Under the pieces are notes generated by a model. It was not told the origin of the DNA. It searched no databases and saw nothing but the letters and a program-made list of their open reading frames with translations. Both the position numbers and the translations under genes were made by a program. From Candidatus Methylomirabilota bacterium (GTDB lineage Bacteria > Methylomirabilota > Methylomirabilia > Rokubacteriales > CSP1-6), in the NCBI GenBank assembly GCA_025922915.1, contig JAICGY010000001.1, positions 1 through 36,812 of the forward strand: a stretch of 36,812 bases of DNA, in the 5' to 3' direction. Positions 1 through 8,520 of this stretch are shown here, piece by piece; positions within the stretch are counted from its first letter, which is position 1; every line of letters begins with the position of its first letter.

Positions 1-758
1 ACGGTGGCGCCCGTGGGCAGGTCCAGCCCGGCGGAGGCGACGATGCCGAGCACGCTCACGAGGGCCCCGAACGCCCAGCCGACGAGGAGCCGGGTGCCGA
101 GAGGTGCGCGCAGCGCGAGCCCGGCCAGGGCGGGGACGATCAGGTACGAGAAGACGAGCAGGACCCCGGCGATGCGCACCGAGCTCGTCACCACGACGCC
201 GAACGTCGCGTAGAAGAGCAGATCCCAGGCGCGGACGCGCAGTCCCTTCCGGTACGCCTGCTCGGGGTCGAAGGAGATCAGGAGGAAGGGACGACGGCAG
301 AGCCAGTGGACGAGCCCGACCGCTCCGTAGAGGGCGGCGACGTGGAGCACCTCCTCCCCGCGCACGGTCAGGATGCTACCGACGAGCATGGCGCGGACGT
401 GCTCGGCGCCGTGCGGGGCGCGGTCGGCGAGCAGGACGGCCGCCGCGGCCGACACGGCGTAGACGACGCCGATGACCGCTTCCTGGGACACGTGCCGCTC
501 CCGGCTCCGCGTGAGGGCCAGCACCACCGCGCCGACCAGCGCGAAGGCCAGCCCGCTCGCGTACGAGACCCACGACTCGTCCCCGAAGCCGGCCAGGAAG
601 GCCGCCGTGGCGCCCAGCGCGGCGATCTGGGCCATCGCGATGTCGACGAAGACGACCTCGCGCGCGACGACGTGGATGCCGAGATAGGCGTGGATGCCCG
701 TGAGCACCAGGCACATGAGGAACGGCGCCCAGAGCAGCGCGAGCAGATCGCCGGTCAC
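1..758 (-). CDS. Metal (Zn/Mn-type) ABC transporter permease, ABC-3 / ZnuB-TroCD family; 3' end runs off the left edge
   Basis: Absent from the supplied track because no stop lies in the window. My own translation from GTG 758..756 reads VTGDLLALLWAPFLMCLVLTGIHAYLGIHVVAREVVFVDIAMAQIAALGATAAF ... VSVLGIVASAGLDLPTGAT. The frame is open and hydrophobic down to base 1. Its GTG overlaps the stop of the upstream binding-protein gene (GTGA at 755-758). Confidence 0.85.
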   Translation of the reverse strand, partial: MTGDLLALLWAPFLMCLVLTGIHAYLGIHVVAREVVFVDIAMAQIAALGATAAFLAGFGDESWVSYASGLAFALVGAVVLALTRSRERHVSQEAVIGVVYAVSAAAAVLLADRAPHGAEHVRAMLVGSILTVRGEEVLHVAALYGAVGLVHWLCRRPFLLISFDPEQAYRKGLRVRAWDLLFYATFGVVVTSSVRIAGVLLVFSYLIVPALAGLALRAPLGTRLLVGWAFGALVSVLGIVASAGLDLPTGAT

Positions 759-1690
759 GAGGGATCCCGGCGCATCGCCCGGGCGAGCGCCTCGACGTTG
801 GCCTCCACGGCCGCCAGGTACGCATCGCCGCCCCGCGAGGCGCCGGGCTTCGGGTTCAGCACCACGAGGCGCCCGCCGGCCTCCTCCGCCAACCGGGCCG
901 CCAGCCGCTGGTCGTTCCACGGCTCCGCGACGACGAGCAGGGGACGACGGCCGTCCCGGAGCGTGCCGATCAGGCGAGCCAGGTGGGCCGGCGACGGGGG
1001 AATGCCGGGCCGGTCCTCGATCGTCCCGACCTGGGTGAGGCCGAATCGCCGGAGGAAGTAGACGAAGTTGTTGTGGTACACGACGATCCGCGCGTCCCGC
1101 ACCGGCGCCAGCCGGGCCTGCCAGCCGGGCATCGCGCCGTCCAGCCGTTCGAGGAACGCCTGGCGCTGGCGCTCGAAGACGGGCCGCTCGGCCGGGGCCA
1201 CGCGAGCCAGGCCCTCCAGGATGTTCTGCGTCACCACGGCGGCCAGCCCGGGATCGAGCGTGTAGTGAGGATTGCCGCGCGGGTGGACGTCGCCCATCGA
1301 GCGATCCACGCGGCCGGCCGGCACGTCGAGGACGGGGACCCCCCGCGAGGCGTCGATGTGGCCGGGCGCACCGGGAACCACCCCGGCGTTGCTGGCTCCC
1401 CGGATGACGGCGTCGGCCCACTGGTCGAGGTCGAGGCCGTTGACGACGAGCGCGTCGGCGCGCCGCAGCTTGACCATCAGGCTCGGCCGGATCTCCAGGT
1501 CGTGGGGGTTCTGGCCGGCGCGGGCGAGTACGTCGACCGTCACCCGGTCGCCGCCGACGGCCTCGGTCAGGGCGGCGAGATCGGGGATGGTGGCGACGAC
1601 CCGCAGCCGGGCCGCCGCCTCCCCCGCGGTCGTCAGGGCGCTGCCGAGCAGCACGGCCGCGAGCAGCGCACCGAGCGATCGCCTGGTCAT
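755..1690 (-). CDS. Periplasmic metal-binding protein of a ZnuA/TroA-type ABC transporter
   Basis: 311 aa. Signal peptide MTRRSLGALLAAVLLGSALTTAG, followed by cluster-9 SBP hallmarks (RVVATIPDLAALTEAVGG, GDVHPRGNPHYTLDP, PPSPAHLARL). AAGGAGG lies 5 nt upstream of the ATG. Confidence 0.9.
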   Translation of the reverse strand: MTRRSLGALLAAVLLGSALTTAGEAAARLRVVATIPDLAALTEAVGGDRVTVDVLARAGQNPHDLEIRPSLMVKLRRADALVVNGLDLDQWADAVIRGASNAGVVPGAPGHIDASRGVPVLDVPAGRVDRSMGDVHPRGNPHYTLDPGLAAVVTQNILEGLARVAPAERPVFERQRQAFLERLDGAMPGWQARLAPVRDARIVVYHNNFVYFLRRFGLTQVGTIEDRPGIPPSPAHLARLIGTLRDGRRPLLVVAEPWNDQRLAARLAEEAGGRLVVLNPKPGASRGGDAYLAAVEANVEALARAMRRDPS

Positions 1691-1709
1691 GGTGTCCTCC
1701 TTCGCCGGC

Positions 1710-3080
1710 TCAGAACGGGTGCGCGGGATGGGCGCCCAGGAAGAACGTGGCCTGGAGGAGCAGCTCGTCGATGATGCGACCGCTGCCGCGACCCTCCTCG
1801 CCGGTGATCCCGTGGGTGCGCTCGGTGTGCTTGTAGGCCAGCCGGAACCGCAGGAACTCCGAGGGCATGAAGGCGACGTAGGGCTCCACGGCCCACTCGC
1901 GGCCCGCGTCCACCGGGAACTGGGTCCAGTCGTAGCGCGCCCCGAAGAGCCAGCGCCGCCACGGCTGGATCTCGGCGTAGGCGTACCAGCCGTGACGGTC
2001 CCGCCGAACGCTCGACGGGATCCCGGTCGCCTCGTCCTCGATCTCGACCCGCCGGCCGGAGTAGAGCGCCTCGCCGGCCAGGGTGAGCAGCGAGTGCGGC
2101 CAGCCTTCCGGCGTGAGCTTGTACTTCACGTCGGCGCCGACGAGGGTGGTGCGCCGGCCGTCCTCGTTCTCGCCGCTCGCCACGGACGCGCCCAGCTGCA
2201 CGGCGCTCGTCGTGCCCAACTCCCAGAACGTCCGGACCCGACCGGTCAGCAGGGGGTCCCGGAGGCTGCCGCGACCGAACGACTCCTCGTTGTCGCCGTC
2301 GAACACGCCGCCCAGGATCTCCAGATAGAAGGGCAGGGGCGGCAGCCAGGTCGCCTCCAGCCCCGCCTCGCGAAGGCCCTCCTCGCCGAGGAACCGCGTC
2401 AGGACCGCCGGCTGGTCGATCTGCGGCAGGGCCTCGCGGTGACGCTCGTTCAGCAGCCCGAACCGGTTGCGCATGAGACCGAGCTTGGCCTGCGTTCCCC
2501 ACGGCAGCGTGAGCAGGGTGAGGTTCGCCTCCGCGAGCCCCACGTGGAGCTCCCGCTCGCCGCCCTCGAACTCCTCGGCGGCCTCGATGCGGACCTCGCC
2601 GCGCGCGTACGGATCGATCTGGCCGAAGAGGACCAGCTCGATCTCGCGCGGGAAGACGCGGTTCTCCCGGCCGGCGAAGGTGCCGGCGTCGGCCCGCTCC
2701 ACGCTGCGCTGGGTCAGGTTGCCGACGAAGTCGCCCACCACGCCCAGGTCGAACAGGAGCTGTCCCGGGCCGCGACGCTCGTAGAGCGAGAACGGCTGGC
2801 GGGGGCGGGCGAGGTCCATCGCGCTCGGCCCCGGCGGGGCCGCCTCGGGCGGCCGCTGCGCCGCCGGGGGCGGCGCGGCGGGTGGCCCGGGCGCCGCCTC
2901 GAGCCGCCGCAAGCGCTCGCTCAGCGTCTCGATGGCCTGCTGGTACTCGCGGGTCACGGTCTCCAGGCGCTGCCGCATCTGCTCCAGCTCGCGGCGCAGC
3001 GTCTCGGCTTCCTGGGACTCGGCGGCCGCCGGCATGCCGATCAGCGCGGCGGCGAGCGCGACGACGATCCGTGCTCGCAT
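1710..3080 (-). CDS. Outer-membrane beta-barrel (porin-like) protein with N-terminal coiled coil and Pro-rich linker
   Basis: 456 aa. Signal peptide, heptad-like LRRELEQMRQRLETVTREYQQAIETLSERLRRLE and a PGPPAAPPPAAQRPPEAAPPGP linker. The rest is long alternating-pattern sequence ending ...LLLQATFFLGAHPAHPF, and a C-terminal Phe is typical of BAM substrates. GGGAGGA SD present. The family name (OprO/P-like?) is not verifiable here. Confidence 0.75.
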   Translation of the reverse strand: MRARIVVALAAALIGMPAAAESQEAETLRRELEQMRQRLETVTREYQQAIETLSERLRRLEAAPGPPAAPPPAAQRPPEAAPPGPSAMDLARPRQPFSLYERRGPGQLLFDLGVVGDFVGNLTQRSVERADAGTFAGRENRVFPREIELVLFGQIDPYARGEVRIEAAEEFEGGERELHVGLAEANLTLLTLPWGTQAKLGLMRNRFGLLNERHREALPQIDQPAVLTRFLGEEGLREAGLEATWLPPLPFYLEILGGVFDGDNEESFGRGSLRDPLLTGRVRTFWELGTTSAVQLGASVASGENEDGRRTTLVGADVKYKLTPEGWPHSLLTLAGEALYSGRRVEIEDEATGIPSSVRRDRHGWYAYAEIQPWRRWLFGARYDWTQFPVDAGREWAVEPYVAFMPSEFLRFRLAYKHTERTHGITGEEGRGSGRIIDELLLQATFFLGAHPAHPF

Positions 3081-3161
3081 GACGTCCTCCCGGTCGAGAA
3101 GGAGAGTGGGCGGGCGGCGGACGCGGAGCGCCGCCGCCCCGGATCAGGACGCGGAAAGGTG

Positions 3162-3452
3162 TCAGCGAGCGGGGGGAGCGCGCAGCCGGACGCCGCCCCG
3201 AGGGGTCGCGGGGACGCGACGGACGGGCGGGACGACGGTCAGGGCGGCGACGACGACGGCGGCCGTGATGACCGGGCGTGCGCCGGCCAGGCCGGCACCG
3301 GCGAAGGCCGCCAGCAGCTCCAGGGGGCAGGCGGCATCGTAGAGGCCGGCCGCCTGGTGCCCGTGGGGCAGCACCGCGCCCTGCCCGAGCAGCGCCGCGG
3401 CGAGGGCGAGGAGCGCGAGCGTGGCGAGCGAGGCGAGCGTGCGAGATCGCAT
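3162..3452 (-). CDS. Small exported or membrane-anchored hypothetical protein (His/Cys-containing)
   Basis: Lies inside junk track ORF 3162..3995, and only the tail looks real: MRSRTLASLATLALLALAAALLGQGAVLPHGHQAAGLYDAACPLELLAAF...VITAAVVVAALTVVPPVRR. Codon third positions are almost all G/C in this frame. It has a signal-peptide-like N-terminus and a C-terminal hydrophobic helix. Alternative ATGs at 3476 and 3467; no clear SD. Confidence 0.45.
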   Translation of the reverse strand: MRSRTLASLATLALLALAAALLGQGAVLPHGHQAAGLYDAACPLELLAAFAGAGLAGARPVITAAVVVAALTVVPPVRRVPATPRGGVRLRAPPAR

Positions 3453-3496
3453 GCCGGGCCCACTCATACCCGACATGCCGTGCGAGCGCAAGGCGA

Positions 3497-3961
3497 TCAG
3501 ACCGGGCGCTTGCGCCACACCTCGCCGCGCCGGCTGCCGAGCACGAGCGGGAGGCGGCCGAAGCGCCGCCGCAGGCGGTTGATGGCCCGCAAGATCCGCG
3601 GGCGGCCGACGATCCGGCGCTCGAGCCGGCGCTTGCCGGGCAGGTCGAGCAGCATGAGGCCGACCAGCATGGTCAGCAGGCCCTGACCGGGGACGCCCGG
3701 GAGGGTCAAGATGGCGCCGACCGCGACAAGGATGGCGCCGAGCACGTTCTTGCCGCCCAGGGCCGTGAGGCGGAGGAAGGGATGGCGGTCGGCCCACACG
3801 CCCCGGGGATGGAACTCCTGGAAGTACGTGGCGGGCAGCTTGACGAGCAGGAACCCCACCACGAGAAGGCTGCCGACCAGGGTGACCAGGAACAGCGCGG
3901 CGCCCAGCAACACCCCGCCCCAGCTCACATCGACGATCCAGGTCGTGAGGCGGTCGGTCAT
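3497..3961 (-). CDS. Multi-pass membrane protein, PGPGW-motif-like family
   Basis: 154 aa with three to four hydrophobic helices, a LTLPGVPGQGLL motif (recalled resemblance to the PGPGW transmembrane family) and a basic C-terminal tail. First gene of the minus-strand metal-uptake string. Confidence 0.65.
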   Translation of the reverse strand: MTDRLTTWIVDVSWGGVLLGAALFLVTLVGSLLVVGFLLVKLPATYFQEFHPRGVWADRHPFLRLTALGGKNVLGAILVAVGAILTLPGVPGQGLLTMLVGLMLLDLPGKRRLERRIVGRPRILRAINRLRRRFGRLPLVLGSRRGEVWRKRPV

Positions 3962-4038
3962 CGTCTTGCCGGGCGGGCAGAGACGATCGTATCACGGGGC
4001 GCGCGCGCGAGCGGGAAAGCCGGGTATTCTAGGCGGGC

Positions 4039-4812
4039 ATGCGCAACCTCGTGTACGCGCTCTACGAGCGGCGGCTGCTGCGCCAGGTCGCCGGGCGCGC
4101 GATGCCCCGCCACGTGGGCCTGATCCTCGACGGCAACAGACGGTACGCCCGCGACTACGGTCTCCCGGATCCGCTCGACGCCTACGGGCGCGGCGCCGAC
4201 AAGCTGGACGATCTCCTCGGGTGGTGCCGGCAGCTCGGCATCCCGGCCGTCACGCTCTGGGTCTTCTCCACCGAGAACTTCCGGCGGTCGGCGGCGGAGA
4301 TCTCGGGGATCCTGGGCACCGTGGAGTCGAAGCTGGCCCGGCTCGCCGCCGATCGCCGGGTCGCTCGCCTGGGCGTGCGCCTCCGCGCCGTCGGCCGGCT
4401 GGAGCTCCTGCCCGACTCCACGCTGGCCGCGATCCGCGCCGTGGAGGCGGCCACGGCCACCCACCAGGCCCTCACGCTCACGATCGCCATCGCCTACGGG
4501 GGTCGGGAGGAGATCGCGGACGCCGTCCAGGCGCTCCTGCGCGAGCGGGTCAAGCGGGGCGAGCCGCTCGCCGACACGATCGAGGGCATCACGCCCGAGG
4601 CGATCGGCCGGTACCTGTACGCGCCCGACCTGCCCGATCCCGACCTCATCATCCGCACCAGCGGCGAGGTGCGGCTGTCGGGCTTCCTGCTCTGGCAGAG
4701 CGCCTACAGCGAGTTCTACTTCTGCGACGTCAACTGGCCGGCGTTCCGGAAGATCGACTTCCTGCGGGCGGTGCGGGCGTACCAGGACCGCGAGCGCCGC
4801 TTCGGGCGGTGA
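4039..4812 (+). CDS. uppS: cis-Prenyltransferase (UppS family), resembling short-chain Z-isoprenyl diphosphate synthase Rv1086
   Basis: 257 aa. HVGLILDGNRRYA, TLWVFSTENFRRS, IRTSGEVRLSGFLLWQSAYSEFYF and a C-terminal RRFGR. The N-terminal LVYALYERRLL and the overall length resemble Rv1086 as I recall it. Confidence 0.9.
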   Translation: MRNLVYALYERRLLRQVAGRAMPRHVGLILDGNRRYARDYGLPDPLDAYGRGADKLDDLLGWCRQLGIPAVTLWVFSTENFRRSAAEISGILGTVESKLARLAADRRVARLGVRLRAVGRLELLPDSTLAAIRAVEAATATHQALTLTIAIAYGGREEIADAVQALLRERVKRGEPLADTIEGITPEAIGRYLYAPDLPDPDLIIRTSGEVRLSGFLLWQSAYSEFYFCDVNWPAFRKIDFLRAVRAYQDRERRFGR

Positions 4813-4824
4813 CGGGCGGCGGGG

Positions 4825-5727
4825 CTACCCCGCGCGCTTGACCTGGTCGGCCAGCTTGCAGAACGCGCAGAGGGTGCCGGTGGTGACCTGCCCGCAGCGC
4901 GCGCACTCGCGCAGGTCGACCTCCTCGGCGCGCTCGAAGGCGGGCCGGGCCTTGTCGAGGAACCCGAAGAGGAAGTTGTGCTTGGCGCCCGGCGAGGCGT
5001 CCTCCAGCCGGTTCAGGGCCTCCTTGTGGGCGATGGAGGTGGCGCCGACGGCGAAGGGGCATTCCTCGACGATGTAGTCGATCCGGCGCAGGAAGGCGTA
5101 GGCCGCGGTCTCGCGCTCGCTCAGCCGGTAGAGCGGCTTGACCTTGCGCACGAGCTTGGGGTGCGACGACGCCAGCGCCGGTGACTGGCGCGCCAGGGAC
5201 TCGGTCTGCCAGTGCAGGACGGAGCCGAACAGCGTGGCGGCCTCGTCGTCCAGGTTGTGGCCGGTGGCCACCACCGGGATGCCCTCCTCGAGGGCGGCGC
5301 GGTTCATCAGGTAGCGCTTGGAGAGACCGCAGCCCGAGCAGGGCGGGCGGCGCGTGACCTGCTTGATCACGGGGACGGGCGCGCCGACCTCGTCGGCCAC
5401 GCGACGGACGACGAGCGGCAGGCCCCGCGCGGCCGCGAAGGCCTCGCACTTCGCGCGCGACTCCACGGAGTAGTCGAAGATGCCGAGGTCGAGGTAGAGA
5501 CCCGTGGTCCGATAGCCGTCCTCGGCCAGCACGTCCCAGAGCGCCAGCGAGTCCTTGCCCCCCGACACGGCGACGAGGACGGGCTCGTCGCGCGTCAGCA
5601 TCCGGTGGCGCCGGATGGCTTCGCGCACCTGGTTGCGGAAGAACTCGATGAAGTCCGGCGCGCAGAAGGCCGCGTTGTGCCGGCGCAGCTCGAGGGCGGC
5701 GGCGCCGCCGCACTTCCGGCACTTCAC
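4825..5727 (-). CDS. ttuA: tRNA 2-thiolation protein, TtuA-type PP-loop ATPase with Zn fingers and Fe-S cysteines
   Basis: 300 aa with a GTG start. N-terminal CRKC...C, PP-loop VAVSGGKDS, PPCSGCG plus ECPF cysteines, and C-terminal CARCG...CAFC. GTGA overlap with the upstream carrier gene. Confidence 0.85.
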   Translation of the reverse strand: MKCRKCGGAAALELRRHNAAFCAPDFIEFFRNQVREAIRRHRMLTRDEPVLVAVSGGKDSLALWDVLAEDGYRTTGLYLDLGIFDYSVESRAKCEAFAAARGLPLVVRRVADEVGAPVPVIKQVTRRPPCSGCGLSKRYLMNRAALEEGIPVVATGHNLDDEAATLFGSVLHWQTESLARQSPALASSHPKLVRKVKPLYRLSERETAAYAFLRRIDYIVEECPFAVGATSIAHKEALNRLEDASPGAKHNFLFGFLDKARPAFERAEEVDLRECARCGQVTTGTLCAFCKLADQVKRAG

Positions 5728-5924
5728 GCGCGACCTCCGGACATGACGGGCCGGAGCTCGATCACGTCGGTGTCCGCCACCACCTGGTCGGCGGTGACCA
5801 GGTCGTCGCCGCGGATGACGAGCACCGTCTCGGGCAGGATCGCGAGCTCACGCAGCACGTCCTTCACCCGCCGGTTGCCGGCCACCTCGACCTCGCGCCG
5901 CGGGTTGCGCAGCACGACCTTCAC
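5724..5924 (-). CDS. ttuB: Ubiquitin-like sulfur carrier (TtuB/ThiS/MoaD fold) with a 2-residue extension after the Gly-Gly
   Basis: 66 aa with a GTG start: MKVVLRNPRREVEVAGNRRVKDVLRELAILPETVLVIRGDDLVTADQVVADTDVIELRPVMSGGRA. Collinear with Thermus TtuB as I remember it, but ends GG-RA. Confidence 0.8.
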   Translation of the reverse strand: MKVVLRNPRREVEVAGNRRVKDVLRELAILPETVLVIRGDDLVTADQVVADTDVIELRPVMSGGRA

Positions 5925-5928
5925 CGGC

Positions 5929-6462
5929 TCACTCCCGCGGGAACCCCGGCGCCGCCTTGACGTCGCGGATCTGGGCCAGGTGGAGGCCGTCGTGCCGGGC
6001 CTGGAGGAGCCACCACTGCGCCAGGTCGAGCTCCCCCAGGCGGAAGTGCTTGAAGGTGAGCCCGCGCGGGTCGACCGTGGCCAGCCGCTCGATCGACTGG
6101 CGGCTGCGGGCGCGCGCGGCCTTCATGGCGGCGACGAGGTCGCCGAGCGGCTTGCCCGGGCTCGGCCAGACCACCGGCGGCGCCTCCGCCTGGCCGGGCG
6201 GGTCCTGGGGCAGCGGGCGGACCGCGGTCAGGTCGGCCGGCCAGCCCCCGGCCGGCGCCTCGCGCGTCAGCTTCGTCGTCAGCTTGCCGGTGTTGACCTC
6301 GGCGATCGTGAGGTGGTCGACGATCTCGCCGATGGACCAGTCGCGCTCGCCCGGCCGCCAGTCCGCCTGCGCCTGGGAGAGCCCCTCCACCTCGCGCAGG
6401 AGGTCGCCCCGGACGCCCTCGAGGTCCTGCCAGAGCCGCTCGACCGGTGCGGGAAGTGTCAT
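5929..6462 (-). CDS. DinB-family (DinB_2-like) four-helix-bundle protein
   Basis: 177 aa. WSIGEIVDHLTIAE ... WWLLQARHDGLHLAQI shows the His-containing helices typical of the DinB/YfiT superfamily. Ends 4 nt upstream of ttuB. Confidence 0.75.
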   Translation of the reverse strand: MTLPAPVERLWQDLEGVRGDLLREVEGLSQAQADWRPGERDWSIGEIVDHLTIAEVNTGKLTTKLTREAPAGGWPADLTAVRPLPQDPPGQAEAPPVVWPSPGKPLGDLVAAMKAARARSRQSIERLATVDPRGLTFKHFRLGELDLAQWWLLQARHDGLHLAQIRDVKAAPGFPRE

Positions 6463-6550
6463 GCGTCGCCTCGCCTCCTGGCGTGCACGTTCTCGTGGAG
6501 TATACAGGACCGGCGGGGCGGCGATCGGGGCCCCGGCGCGGGCCCCGGGC

Positions 6551-8077
6551 TCAGACGTCGGCGCGCGGCAGCGTGAAGTGGAACGTCGTCCCGCGGCCGA
6601 GCGTGCTCTCCACCCGGATGCGGCCGCCGTGGGCCTCGACGAGACCCTTGCAGATCGCCAGGCCGAGCCCCGTCCCGGCGCGCGAGCCCCGGTCGGCCTG
6701 CCAGAACCGGTCGAAGACCCGCGGCAGGTCGTCGGGGGCGATCCCGGCGCCGGAGTCCTCGACGGAGATCTCGACCGCGCGGGCGAGCGGGCGCGCGCGC
6801 AGCGCGATGCGGCCGCGCGGGGGCGTGAACTTGAGCGCGTTCTCGAGAAGATTGGACAGCACCTGGACGAGCCGGTCCCGGTCGCCGGCGACCGGCGGCA
6901 CGTCCGCCGCGACGTCGCAGTCGAGCGCGATCTCGCGCCCGCGCGCCTGCGCCTCGAACCGCTGCAGCGTCTCGTCGAGCAGCGCCGGCACGTGGATCCG
7001 CGCCGGCCGGATCACGAAGGTCCCCGAGTCGATACGGCTGACGTCCAGAAGGTCGCCGACGAGACGGTCCATCTCCCGCGCCGAGCGCGCGATGATCTCG
7101 AGCTGCCGCAGGCGCTGGGCCTCGGAGAGCGGCAGCTGCACCATCGCCGCCGCGCTCACCGCGATCGCGTTCATCGGGTTGCGCAGGTCGTGGGCGACGA
7201 TGCCGAGCACCTCGTCGCGCGCCCGGATGGCGCGCTCGGCGCGGGTGCGCGCCTCCTGCTCGAGGGCGAGCAGCCGCTCGCGCTCGGCCTCGGCCTCCTT
7301 CTGCTCCGTGATGTCCGTGTGGGTGCCGAGCCAGCCGGCGATGGCGCCGGCCTCGCCCGGCACCGGCAGCGCCCGCGACAGGAACCAGCGGTAGGTCCCG
7401 TCCCGGGCGCGCAGCGGGAACGTGTCTTCCCAGGGCTCGCCGGTCTCGGCGCTGCGCCGGACGCGGTCGACCACCCGCTGCACGTGGTCGGGGTGGTGGA
7501 CGTCCTGCCACCCCCACCCCCGCATCTTCTCGAGCGTCGTGCCCGTGTAGTCGTACCACCGCTGGTTGTACCAGTACACCGCGCCCGTCACGTCCGCCAT
7601 CCAGGCGAACTGGGGAATGGTGTTGGCGAGCGTGCGGAAGCGCGCCTCCTGCGCGCGGAGCTCGGCCTCCGCCTGCCGTCGCGCCGTCGCCGCCCGCTCC
7701 AGCTCCATCGCGTGCCGGAGGGCCGAGGTCAGTCGCTCGGGCGTCAGCGCGGCCTTGGGCAGGTAGTCGGCCGCCCCGGCCTTCATCAGCGCGACCGCCG
7801 GCTCCTCGCCCCCCCGCCCGGTCAGGATGACGACGGGGACCTCGACGGCGATGCTCCGGATGGCCCGGACCAGCGCGAGGGCATCCTCGCCGGGGAGGTA
7901 GTAGTCGAGCACGACGCAGTCGGGACTGGTCGCGCCGAGCCGCTGCAGCGCCTCCGCCCCCGAGGTCACCTCGTCGACGGCCGCCGTGACGCCGGCCTGG
8001 AGCAGGCAGCGGCGCACGGTCAGGCGGTCGAGCGAGTCATCGTCCACGAGGAGGATCCGGAGCGGCGCATCGCTCAC
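6551..8077 (-). CDS. Hybrid sensor: N-terminal receiver (REC) - PAS - HisKA - HATPase_c histidine kinase, cytoplasmic
   Basis: 508 aa. REC: ILLVDDD...VVLDYYLPGEDAL...GAADYLPK. PAS: FRTLANTIPQFAWMADVTGAVYWYN...THTDITEQK. H-box: GIVAHDLRNPMNAI. N/G boxes: NLLENALKFTP and DSGAGI...GTGLGLAICK. No TM segment. Confidence 0.9.
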   Translation of the reverse strand: MSDAPLRILLVDDDSLDRLTVRRCLLQAGVTAAVDEVTSGAEALQRLGATSPDCVVLDYYLPGEDALALVRAIRSIAVEVPVVILTGRGGEEPAVALMKAGAADYLPKAALTPERLTSALRHAMELERAATARRQAEAELRAQEARFRTLANTIPQFAWMADVTGAVYWYNQRWYDYTGTTLEKMRGWGWQDVHHPDHVQRVVDRVRRSAETGEPWEDTFPLRARDGTYRWFLSRALPVPGEAGAIAGWLGTHTDITEQKEAEAERERLLALEQEARTRAERAIRARDEVLGIVAHDLRNPMNAIAVSAAAMVQLPLSEAQRLRQLEIIARSAREMDRLVGDLLDVSRIDSGTFVIRPARIHVPALLDETLQRFEAQARGREIALDCDVAADVPPVAGDRDRLVQVLSNLLENALKFTPPRGRIALRARPLARAVEISVEDSGAGIAPDDLPRVFDRFWQADRGSRAGTGLGLAICKGLVEAHGGRIRVESTLGRGTTFHFTLPRADV

Positions 8078-8103
8078 CGGCGTCTCCCGCGCCCGTCCCG
8101 GGC

Positions 8104-8520
8104 TCAGGGCAGTTCGACGAGGGTCCAGTACTTGTTGAGGGCGACCATCAGCTCGGCGAACGCCGAGAAGGTGACCGGCTTCACCAGATACCCGGCCACG
8201 TTCAGCTGGTAGGCGTCGATCTTGTCGCGCTCGTCGTTGGAGGTCGTGAGGACGACCACGGGGGTCGCGGACAGGTCGCGGTCGCTCCGCAGCTCCCGGA
8301 GGAACTCGATGCCGTTCATCCGCGGCATGTTCAGGTCGAGGAGGACGAGCCGCCGGCCCTTGGGTATCTTGCCGCCCCGCAGCTTGTCCAGCGCCTCCAG
8401 ACCGTTGCCGGCCACGAACAGCGGGTTCGTGATGTGGTTCTTCTCGAACGCGCGCCTCACGTTCAGCACGTCGACCTCGTCGTCCTCGACGAGGAGCACG
8501 TTCAGCGGGCCGCCCCTCAT
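8104..8520 (-). CDS. Single-domain response regulator (CheY/Rcp-like receiver)
   Basis: Only the last 138 aa of track ORF 8104..10197 are protein-like: MRGGPLNVLLVEDDEVDVLNVRRAFEK...LVLLDLNMPRMNGIEFL...VVVLTTSNDERD...GYLVKP. ATGA overlap with the upstream kinase stop (8517-8520). Confidence 0.9.
   Translation of the reverse strand: MRGGPLNVLLVEDDEVDVLNVRRAFEKNHITNPLFVAGNGLEALDKLRGGKIPKGRRLVLLDLNMPRMNGIEFLRELRSDRDLSATPVVVLTTSNDERDKIDAYQLNVAGYLVKPVTFSAFAELMVALNKYWTLVELP

Noticed and set aside
1272-3686. 804-aa plus-strand ORF, the longest in this region
   Set aside because: It is antisense to the ZnuA-like, OMP and small-protein genes, all of which have clear family motifs. Its translation is Arg/Ala/Pro/Gly-rich with no recognisable domain. 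This is a typical high-GC shadow ORF.
6463-6550. Possible terminator and TATACT -10 element between the hybrid kinase and the DinB gene
   Set aside because: The GC-rich stretch (GCCCGGGGCCCGCGCCGGGGCCCC) consists of self-complementary tetramers and hexamers rather than a stem-loop with a T-tract. The -35 partner for TATACT (6499..6504, minus strand) is poor. This is not enough to call a feature.
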